44,395 nt of DNA from a virus. Taxonomy: Duplodnaviria; Caudoviricetes. A program made the translations under genes and the position numbers. The stretch is from positions 1-44,395 of IMG/VR virus record IMGVR_UViG_3300025038_000008, one strand, 5' to 3'. The notes below the pieces were generated by a model that saw only the letters and a list, made by a program, of their open reading frames with translations, was not told where the DNA came from and made no database searches. Positions 37,532-44,395 of this stretch are shown here, in pieces (position 1 is the stretch's first letter; every line of letters begins with the position of its first letter).

Positions 37532-37906
37532 CTACCCCCTTGGTTGGTAAGTGCCTTCGGCGATTTGAGCCTTAGCGTCGTCGTGGAAAAAGTCGTCAAC
37601 TTCCTCTAATCGCTGAAAGTTGTCTTTAGCCAAGCGAAATAGAATGTCAATCTTCGATGCGTCGTAGCACTTCATATCTGCTGGCACAACCTTCAACCCA
37701 ATTACTGAAAGAATGTGGCAAAGGCGCTCTATGTCACCGTGTTTTGCTGTGCCCTGTGCCGACTTCATTTTTGTAATAGCTGTTGGGTCAATACCGATGC
37801 AGCTAGCTACAACTTGTTGCCCTGTGGCATCAATCGCTTGCAGGATTTGAGATTGCATATTGCGTGACCATGCAAGCCGCTCAGGTGATAATTGATTTGT
37901 GGACAT
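37532..37906 (-). CDS. cII: CII-family transcriptional regulator
   Basis: SQILQAI...GQQVVA..IGIDPTAITKMK...LSVIGLKVVP; follows cro. Confidence 0.85.
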   Translation of the reverse strand: MSTNQLSPERLAWSRNMQSQILQAIDATGQQVVASCIGIDPTAITKMKSAQGTAKHGDIERLCHILSVIGLKVVPADMKCYDASKIDILFRLAKDNFQRLEEVDDFFHDDAKAQIAEGTYQPRG

Positions 37907-37908
37907 GG

Positions 37909-38148
37909 TTATGCTTCCTCTGGTTGTAGTCCGCTACTGATGAGCTGGCTAATATCGTTAATATTTGGATTGGTTCTAAATGCAGGTTTGATTTCAAAGG
38001 CTGTGTAGCCGTCATCGTCCTGCACAATGAATATGTTTCGATTTTTGCCACTTGCTTGCTGGACAGCGCCCTGCGTTACCCCTAAAAGGTCAGCAAGTGG
38101 GTCTTGCTTATACATTCTTACTGCTTTTTCTAGCGTTAGGATGTCCAT
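37909..38148 (-). CDS. cro: Cro repressor
   Basis: Q..LADLLGVTQGAVQQA...RNIFI...EIKPAF, lambda Cro-like; divergent from cI. Confidence 0.85.
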   Translation of the reverse strand: MDILTLEKAVRMYKQDPLADLLGVTQGAVQQASGKNRNIFIVQDDDGYTAFEIKPAFRTNPNINDISQLISSGLQPEEA

Positions 38149-38178
38149 AAGTTTGCCCCATAAGTATCTTAGGTATTA

Positions 38179-38241
38179 ATAATAGCACCACTATTATATT
38201 AAATCAATAGCCACGGTATTTGTATTAATAGCAAAGCTATT
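38179..38241. promoter_or_regulatory. OR operators (x3) and PR promoter
   Basis: AATAG-N5-(C/G)TATT at 38181, 38206, 38227; minus-strand TTGATT, 17 nt, TATTAT. Confidence 0.82.
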
Positions 38242-38273
38242 ACAAAATACGCAAAAATTAATAAGGAGTCGTT

Positions 38274-38981
38274 ATGAGCAAGGTTGGATTGACAGAGGCG
38301 CAGCTAAAAGATGCTGCTAGACTAAAGGCGATCTATGAGGCTAAAAAGATTGAGGCGCGCAACAAAGGCAAGAAGATAAGCCAAGAAACTATTGCAGCAG
38401 ATTGCGGATGGACACAAGGCGCAGTAGGTCACTTCTTAAATGGTCGTACAGCTTTGAGCTTGGAGTCCGCAATAAAACTGGCTGAGTCACTACAAGTACC
38501 AGTGTCGGACTTCTCACCGTCTTTAGCCAAACAAATGAGTGGCGATAACTTTACGGTGCAAGGAAAATCCAAGTTTAAAAAAGCGCCGATACTAAATTAT
38601 GTACAAGCCGGTTCGTTTTGTGATTATTTTGATGATGCGATTGTTGAAGAAGGAGTGCCCTATAACGCAGAGCTACACGGTGATGATTGTTTCTGGGTCG
38701 TGATAGAGGGCGATAGTATGATTAAGGATTTTTACCCAAAGGACATGGTTTTAATCAGCCCAAGCAGGCAGCCAAAAGCGGGTGACTTTGTAATAGCGCT
38801 TAAAAAAGGCGAGAATGCAACCACGTTTAAAAAATGGCGGCCAAGAGGTTTTGATGAGCAGACAGGGAGGGAGTATAGCGAGCTTGTGCCATCAAACGAG
38901 GACTACCCTATTATAGATAGCAGGTTTGCGCCTTTTGAGATTTGCGGTGTAGCTGTGGAGTACAGCAAGCTGCTTGTGTAG
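38274..38981 (+). CDS. cI: CI repressor (HTH plus S24 peptidase)
   Basis: SQETIA...WTQGAVGHFLNG HTH, VQAG cleavage site, EGDSM Ser, ATTFKK Lys. Confidence 0.93.
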   Translation: MSKVGLTEAQLKDAARLKAIYEAKKIEARNKGKKISQETIAADCGWTQGAVGHFLNGRTALSLESAIKLAESLQVPVSDFSPSLAKQMSGDNFTVQGKSKFKKAPILNYVQAGSFCDYFDDAIVEEGVPYNAELHGDDCFWVVIEGDSMIKDFYPKDMVLISPSRQPKAGDFVIALKKGENATTFKKWRPRGFDEQTGREYSELVPSNEDYPIIDSRFAPFEICGVAVEYSKLLV

Positions 38982-38996
38982 CAAAGCCCAATAACT

Positions 38997-39021
38997 AAGC
39001 CGCCTTACGAGGCGGTTTTTT
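38997..39021 (+). terminator. Terminator after cI
   Basis: CCGCC-TTACGA-GGCGG followed by TTTTTT. Confidence 0.8.
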
Positions 39022-39040
39022 ATTGTCTAAAATAAATAAT

Positions 39041-39111
39041 AGTAGTTTAGCTATTTATTTTTGCTAATTAATAGTTGAGCTATTGACTATTATTAATAGT
39101 ATTGCTATTAT
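39041..39111 (+). promoter_or_regulatory. OL operators (x3) and PL promoter
   Basis: A(A/G)TAG-N5-CTATT at 39041, 39070, 39095; TTGACT(39083), 17 nt, TATTAT(39106). Confidence 0.82.
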
Positions 39112-39244
39112 AACCACATCGCAAGGCAAAACGCGGACGACGCAGCGATAGCAAGACACTATTTAAAAACGTAGAGATTACAAGCTAGTAAGTCATAGCC
39201 GTTTTAATCGACGGCTATTGCGTACTAACTAAGGAGATAAGGGT

Positions 39245-39451
39245 ATGAGTAAAAAGATAACGATCAAGAACAGGTTTGACGACACCGTTTCAGAGATGTC
39301 CTTAGAAGAAAGACCTTTTGGCGTTTCAGTATCAATAGCTGAAAAGTCATACGAAGCTGACGACCTGCCGCTTAACTATGCGATGTTCAGCTTAAATAAA
39401 AAGCAGATGAAAGCGATAGCTGAATTTTATATTTCAATTATTGCTAAATAA
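39245..39451 (+). CDS. Hypothetical protein, first gene of PL operon
   Basis: AAGGAG RBS, 68 aa. Confidence 0.65.
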   Translation: MSKKITIKNRFDDTVSEMSLEERPFGVSVSIAEKSYEADDLPLNYAMFSLNKKQMKAIAEFYISIIAK

Positions 39452-39518
39452 CAGACACAAAAAAGCCGCTAATCCTTTCGACTGGCAGCGGCTTTACTCA
39501 CAAAGGAGCAAAAAGATT

Positions 39519-39875
39519 ATGGCACATATAACGATAGACACGCAAGCAGATAGCGATGACGACTATATCTACGTCATCAAAGACGGCATCGGGCTAGAGA
39601 TTAGTTTTGATTGCGAATGGAGTGAGAACGGTGAGCGCGGCGAGATATGGGGCGGTCACGTAGCGATTGAAGGTGACAGTTGGATTGAGGTTGACAGCGT
39701 GAGCAACTTGCAAATCACGCGGGCTTACGACCCTGAGACAGATGATGATCTTGCGCTAGATAGCACGGAGATAACAGAGGCAGATAAGCCCATCATCATT
39801 GAGTTAATCAAAGAAGTGATCTGTGAGTATATCCAGCCCACCAAAAAACCAGCATACGACCACTACGCAGCATAA
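39519..39875 (+). CDS. Highly acidic hypothetical protein
   Basis: AAGGAG RBS before ATG 39519; about one quarter Asp/Glu. Confidence 0.65.
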   Translation: MAHITIDTQADSDDDYIYVIKDGIGLEISFDCEWSENGERGEIWGGHVAIEGDSWIEVDSVSNLQITRAYDPETDDDLALDSTEITEADKPIIIELIKEVICEYIQPTKKPAYDHYAA

Positions 39876-40040
39876 GGAGCATGACATGAAAACATTTGAA
39901 ATTACACACGTTATCGAAGGCGTGACGATGGTTGAGCGCGTAGAGGCTGACACTAAGATGCAAGCGCGTAGTGTGCTGACCAATCACTACAAAAGACAGC
40001 TCGACCTTGTATCGGTTTTTGAAGTCGAAGGAGAAGGCGC

Positions 40041-40235
40041 ATGAGCATGTACGCAGTAAACACACTGAAAACCGATATAACAATTGATGTTATGGGTCTT
40101 GAGAGACCAATGGAGCTGAATTGGGCTGATGGAATGGTTGGCGCTATACCAGTGTTTGAGGACAAGGAAAGTGCCCTGGCTTATGCAGGCGGCAAAGAGT
40201 CTTTATTAACCGAAGTTAGTGAGGTGCTGCCATGA
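40041..40235 (+). CDS. Hypothetical protein
   Basis: 64 aa, coupled start. Confidence 0.55.
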   Translation: MSMYAVNTLKTDITIDVMGLERPMELNWADGMVGAIPVFEDKESALAYAGGKESLLTEVSEVLP

Positions 40236-40382
40236 AACAAATCATTTTTATCGCGGTTTGGGCTGGTCTTGGTGCGTTTGTTACGCATCAGGCACTAGCC
40301 ACCGACAGCTACTACGAGTCAGAGCAATACAAAACAATCAAAGCGGCAAATGAGTCGCTAAAACGGATAAAAGGATAAGATT

Positions 40383-41243
40383 ATGAGTAACGCAGTAGCA
40401 ATTAAAGCATATATGAATGGTCAAGGCGTACAGCGCAAGTTAGAAGAATTACTTGGCGAACGCAAAGACGTATTTTTAACAAGCGCCTTGCAAGTGGTCA
40501 ACGGCAACAAGGCGCTGCAAAACGCATCACCTGAAAGTATTTTTGGCGCGGTGGTCACGGCTGCCACTCTTAACTTGCCGATCAATGACAATCTAGGCTT
40601 TGCTTATATCGTACCGTTTAAAGGTCAAGCTAGCTTTCAAATGGGTTACAAGGGCTTTGTGCAGCTCGCACAGCGTAGCGGTCAGTTTAAGCGCATCAAT
40701 GCCTGTAAAACGTATTCAGGTGACACTGAGCAATCAGTTTATGAGCGACTAACTGCATTTTTACCTAAAGAACCAAAGGGAGAAGTCACGGGTTATATCG
40801 CCTACTTTCAATTACTAAACGGCTTTGAGGCTCATTTAGCGATGACCAATAAAGAAATGGCGGCTCATGCCGGACAGTATAGCCAGTCATTCAAAAAAGG
40901 CTATGGCGTTTGGAAGGATAACTTTGAGGCTATGGCTCAAAAAACAGTATTAAAGCTACTACTGAGCAAGCAAGCGCCACTATCTATCGTGCCTACACTG
41001 GCTGATGCGGTACAAGCAGACCAAGCAATCATACGTGATGTGAATGGTCAGCCGTCTTATGAGTATGCCGACAATCAACCACAGCAGGCCGCTATTGAAA
41101 TGGATATTAGTAATAATCCTGAGTTGTTCAATGATGTAAAAACATCGGTGCAAAACGGCAATCTTGACAAGGCGCAAGTGTTAAGCGGTCAAGCTGGTTA
41201 CATCATTAGCGACCAACAAAGACAGGAGTTAGCGGCATCATGA
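40383..41243 (+). CDS. recT: RecT-family single-strand annealing recombinase
   Basis: LNLPINDNLGFAYIVPF...QMGYKGFVQLAQRSGQ...W...FEAMAQKTVLK. Confidence 0.9.
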   Translation: MSNAVAIKAYMNGQGVQRKLEELLGERKDVFLTSALQVVNGNKALQNASPESIFGAVVTAATLNLPINDNLGFAYIVPFKGQASFQMGYKGFVQLAQRSGQFKRINACKTYSGDTEQSVYERLTAFLPKEPKGEVTGYIAYFQLLNGFEAHLAMTNKEMAAHAGQYSQSFKKGYGVWKDNFEAMAQKTVLKLLLSKQAPLSIVPTLADAVQADQAIIRDVNGQPSYEYADNQPQQAAIEMDISNNPELFNDVKTSVQNGNLDKAQVLSGQAGYIISDQQRQELAAS

Positions 41244-41878
41244 CTTTCAAATGCAGAGCAAGCGCGTTAGGTGGATTGATGACGCGCTTACAGAACAAGA
41301 CCACGCTCGGTAAAACATCAAAAAAAGTGGTACTCAATGCTGTTTTGCTTGATGTGTTTGATTATCGTCGCGAGATTGACGCAAAGATGATTAACAAGGG
41401 TTTGATGCTCGAAGATGACGCAATCAAAGCTATCAGTCTGCTAAAAGCTGTCAAGCTCACTAAGAACACTGAGCGCAAAAGTAACGATTGGTTTAGCGGT
41501 GAATGTGACTTGCTGACTGACGATAGCATAAGAGACACCAAGTGCTCATGGTCGATTGATAGCTTCCCATGGACACATGACGACGCTGTGCAAAAAGTTA
41601 AAGACGGGGGTTACGATTGGCAAGGTCAGGTCTATATGGAGCTATGGGGTAAAAAGGTGCATTACGTGGACTTTGTTCTGCTACCCACCCCTCATAGCTT
41701 GCTTGGCTATAACGATGACGAGTATGAGCACGTTGATCTGGTCAATCGAATACCGCTACAAAAGCGCATTAGGTCGGTCAAGATTGAGTACGACGAGTCG
41801 CTAATTGAGCAAGCAAAGGAACGTGTCGAAATGTCGCGGGACTACTACAACGAATTACTTAAAGAGATATCTAGCTGA
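41240..41878 (+). CDS. Phage exonuclease (YqaJ-like PD-(D/E)XK), RecT partner
   Basis: RASALG...KG..LE...GECD...DTKCSW...YDWQGQVYM. Confidence 0.75.
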   Translation: MTFKCRASALGGLMTRLQNKTTLGKTSKKVVLNAVLLDVFDYRREIDAKMINKGLMLEDDAIKAISLLKAVKLTKNTERKSNDWFSGECDLLTDDSIRDTKCSWSIDSFPWTHDDAVQKVKDGGYDWQGQVYMELWGKKVHYVDFVLLPTPHSLLGYNDDEYEHVDLVNRIPLQKRIRSVKIEYDESLIEQAKERVEMSRDYYNELLKEISS

Positions 41879-41888
41879 GGTCTAAGCC

Positions 41889-42113
41889 ATGACAAAATCC
41901 ACAGTTCTAACTACCACAAAGGCGTTCATTGACTGTGCTAAGCCGTTATCCGTTAGACAGCTGCACGAAAGAACCAAGATGCACAAACGGACGATACAAA
42001 GACATATCAAGCAGTTAATGGACGCTGAGATAGTAGAAGCAAGTGACCACTACTATGCGAACGAATACACGTACCAACTTAAAACAACCAGTTATACCCA
42101 GCTCAGGGGCTAA
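41889..42113 (+). CDS. Winged-helix DNA-binding protein
   Basis: LSVRQLHERTKMHKRTIQRHIKQL HTH. Confidence 0.7.
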   Translation: MTKSTVLTTTKAFIDCAKPLSVRQLHERTKMHKRTIQRHIKQLMDAEIVEASDHYYANEYTYQLKTTSYTQLRG

Positions 42114-42265
42114 TATGAGACGCGCATAGCTAGATGGTGGCGATTAACTACTAGCAGCAGAGACTGACAATTCCTTACGTGCTTAGCATGTGCGTTGAAA
42201 GCGCAGTCGAGGCAAAGCCGACTGGCTCACGATACGAGCCACCCTATTTTAAAAGGACGTCAACT

Positions 42266-42475
42266 ATGACTAAAAACTTAGAATGGACGACAAACGATGT
42301 CGCAAACACTCGGTCGCATACGTACCGTGTCGAGACAATCGGCAATAACAGCCGCGTGATATATAGCAAAATTGGTGACAACCCTGCTTTTGTATCAAGC
42401 GATTTTGACAGCGTAGAAGCTGCTAAGCAATGGGCACAAAACTATCATAATAAATACGGAGAAAACGATGAATAA
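42266..42475 (+). CDS. Hypothetical protein
   Basis: AAGGA RBS before ATG 42266. Confidence 0.6.
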   Translation: MTKNLEWTTNDVANTRSHTYRVETIGNNSRVIYSKIGDNPAFVSSDFDSVEAAKQWAQNYHNKYGENDE

Positions 42476-43163
42476 TTTACCGTTAAAGCCGCTAAAGTGG
42501 ACGCAAAAAGACCTAAACCCACTTGCTGAGCTACACCTAACAGCATACAGCGCATTACACGAGTATGAAATAACAGAGCCAAAGCGAGGCAAGTTTGAGA
42601 TTAAAAAAACACGCCTGACCGACTCTTATAAAAAGTCTGAAATTATGACTGGCTTTACAAGTGCAAAAGATGCTCAAGATGAAGCATGGGCGCATTATCA
42701 GCGGAGTATGCAGCCGTATATCAAGCCTGACTCTATAACTGATATTGCAAACTGGTTTAAAGCTGCGAAGCCTGAGCCGACTGACAGAGACATTTGCACT
42801 CAAATTGGCTGCCATTATGAAGAGATTGATGAGATGGATGCCGCTTTATCCAATAATGGCGAGCACAATGCGGACAGCGCAGAACACTACAAGGGAATAA
42901 AGAGCGATGTTGCTGCTCAATTAAACCTGAGTTGCGTTGACGAATTGGAGCTACTAGACAGCCTTTGCGACCAAATCGTAACCGCTACTGGTGTGGCTTA
43001 TATGATGGGCTTTGATATTGAGGGCGCATTAAAAGAGGTCATACGCTCGAATAATAGCAAGATGGTAAAGGGCAAGTTTACCTTTGACGAGAACGGCAAG
43101 ATTATAAAGCCTGAGAGTTATAGTGAGCCTGATTTGACGCCGTTTTTAAGCAAAGGAGAGTGA
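42468..43163 (+). CDS. MazG-like NTP pyrophosphohydrolase with N-terminal extension
   Basis: EEIDE...ELLDSLCDQIVTATG...EVIRSNNSK...NGKIIKP. Confidence 0.8.
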   Translation: MNNLPLKPLKWTQKDLNPLAELHLTAYSALHEYEITEPKRGKFEIKKTRLTDSYKKSEIMTGFTSAKDAQDEAWAHYQRSMQPYIKPDSITDIANWFKAAKPEPTDRDICTQIGCHYEEIDEMDAALSNNGEHNADSAEHYKGIKSDVAAQLNLSCVDELELLDSLCDQIVTATGVAYMMGFDIEGALKEVIRSNNSKMVKGKFTFDENGKIIKPESYSEPDLTPFLSKGE

Positions 43164-43167
43164 CAGA

Positions 43168-43344
43168 TGAAACCTAATATCGAATGCCCTAACTGCGAAA
43201 ACCTGCTGCAAAACGATGTGCAAGGCGCTGAGTATGGCGATGTTTTTCGTGACGAAGATGAGCTGCATTACAACTGCGAGCACTGTAAGACTGATCTGAC
43301 TCTTGTTGCGTCGGTGAAAATATCTTTTGGTGCTTATGTTTAAC
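43168..43344 (+). CDS. Small zinc-finger-like protein (not in ORF track)
   Basis: MKPNIECPNC...CEHC; GGAG RBS; boundaries approximate. Confidence 0.45.
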
Positions 43345-43638
43345 AAGGAGAGTGATGTGAGAGATTTAGACGGCTGGATAAGCGTTAAAGACAAGCTGCC
43401 GACTCATCAACAAGAAGTTATCGTCTATCGATACAATGAAGATGAAGGCGCTAATATTGAATACTCATTATATTTCAATGCTGATTATTTTGATGACGAT
43501 GGAATGATTGGATTTAGCGATGTAAAGAATGGCGGTGACTTTTTAACCGATGTTTACTATTGGCAGCCGATAGAGACAAAAGCACTCTATGAAGCAATGC
43601 ACATGCAATTACAGATAAGCGAGGTGACAGATGACTAA
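43327..43638 (+). CDS. DUF551-like protein (true start probably ~43357)
   Basis: WISVKDKLP...VYYWQP. Confidence 0.7.
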   Translation: MVLMFNKESDVRDLDGWISVKDKLPTHQQEVIVYRYNEDEGANIEYSLYFNADYFDDDGMIGFSDVKNGGDFLTDVYYWQPIETKALYEAMHMQLQISEVTDD

Positions 43639-43822
43639 TGACCAAATTAAAGAAATCGCACTGGCAAACGGCTTTAAGCTCAAAGAGCAGCCAAACGGTG
43701 AAATGGATTTAAACCCTTATGTTTATGAGTTTGCTAGAGCGTTGTTTGTAGAGCAGCAACGATTATGGGACAAAGAGCGAGCGGCTATTGAATTTCACGA
43801 AGACTGGTTGGAGAGTGACTGA
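43631..43822 (+). CDS. Hypothetical protein
   Basis: 63 aa with GAGGTG RBS. Confidence 0.6.
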   Translation: MTNDQIKEIALANGFKLKEQPNGEMDLNPYVYEFARALFVEQQRLWDKERAAIEFHEDWLESD

Positions 43823-43934
43823 TGGCTAACGAGAAAATGGCGTTATGGGTTTTATATACACTGCAAGAGTTTAGCGCTGAAGATATAGAGACGATGACAA
43901 AAGCGTTGCAACTGAAGTTAAGCGAGGTGACAAA

Positions 43935-44132
43935 ATGACCGGAATCTACTACACCACTCAAGACCTTAAAGAAATATTCCAATGGCGATCAGATGACACG
44001 CTGGCCCAACGTAGAAAATCAGGTTTTCTACCTGAGCCGGATATTAAGGGCCGACCTAACAAGTGGCTAAAAACCAAAATTGATGCTATTGTGGACCCAA
44101 CAAATGGGATTCGAACCGACCCAAAAGAATAA
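43935..44132 (+). CDS. xis: Excisionase/recombination directionality factor (AlpA-like)
   Basis: YYTTQDL...TL..RRKSGFLPEP...KW winged helix; last gene before attR. Confidence 0.75.
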   Translation: MTGIYYTTQDLKEIFQWRSDDTLAQRRKSGFLPEPDIKGRPNKWLKTKIDAIVDPTNGIRTDPKE

Positions 44133-44147
44133 CCCACTTTAACGAAT

Positions 44148-44169
44148 GACGGTATCGGTGACGGTATCG
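44148..44169. promoter_or_regulatory. Probable integrase arm-type sites, right arm
   Basis: GACGGTATCG at 44148 and 44160 (12-bp period), same motif as 506-565. Confidence 0.7.
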
Positions 44170-44229
44170 TCTTTTTTTATGCGTAAAATATCTATACAAA
44201 ACAATAATTTATATTATCAGTTTGGAATC

Positions 44230-44244
44230 TGGTGGGCGCGCCAA
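44230..44244 (+). repeat. attR core
   Basis: TGGTGGGCGCGCCAA identical to 381-395. Confidence 0.93.
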
Positions 44245-44395
44245 TCATTGTATTTAGACATAACCACACATTACCTCAAGCCCTTTAAACCCATGTCATA
44301 CCTAGTTTTTAGTCTTTGTTAAATAATTGTCATTATCTACTACAGGCTTTTATCAGCTTAGCCTTTTACCGCGTTTTTTGACTGTTGCTTATCAT

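Larger units (their letters stand above)
381..44244. mobile_element. Integrated temperate prophage (lambdoid regulation, siphovirus-type tail), apparently complete
   Basis: Flanking 15-bp direct repeat, int at the left end and xis at the right end, complete head/tail/lysis/replication/immunity modules. Confidence 0.95.

Noticed and set aside
42184-42215. Resemblance to group II intron domain V (AGC...GCG-TTGAAAG-CGC) or a hammerhead core
   Set aside because: Lower stem of domain V does not form, no intron RT is present, and the CUGANGA hammerhead core is absent
44088-44120. GGTTCGAATCCC on the minus strand resembling a tRNA T-loop
   Set aside because: T stem and acceptor stem do not pair and it lies inside the xis reading frame; at most a decayed remnant
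44252-44261. ATTTAGACAT copy of the array motif just outside attR
   Set aside because: Single short AT-rich match outside the prophage; cannot be separated from chance without more flanking sequence

Overview
The window is almost entirely one apparently complete, ~43.9-kb temperate siphovirus-like prophage. It is integrated into the 3' end of a host tRNA-Arg(CCT) gene (319-394) and bounded by a 15-bp att core TGGTGGGCGCGCCAA at 381-395 and 44230-44244. The host is probably Psychrobacter/Moraxellaceae, which is an inference from gene content and style. Layout: P4-type tyrosine integrase (+); a long minus-strand late arm (lysis, tape measure, two-gene envelope moron, tail, Mu-like neck/portal, lambda-like capsid, terminase); an accessory three-gene cassette; Q/nin/replication/cII/cro (-); then cI and the PL early arm (+) with recT, exonuclease, MazG-like enzyme and xis. 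Most notable: (1) a self-promoted, operator-controlled operon between Q and the late promoter, ending in a recognisable AcrVA3 anti-CRISPR homolog and preceded by an Aca-like HTH fusion and another candidate anti-defence gene; (2) a non-coding element at 1791-1877 in which four helically phased TTAGACATT repeats are interleaved with nested inverted repeats, with the same motif recurring just after several phage terminators; (3) a -1 frameshift in the tail chaperone, an in-frame TGA in a metallopeptidase-family gene, a rearranged tail gene order and a structured intergenic RNA candidate. Family assignments come from motif recognition only; no searches were run.
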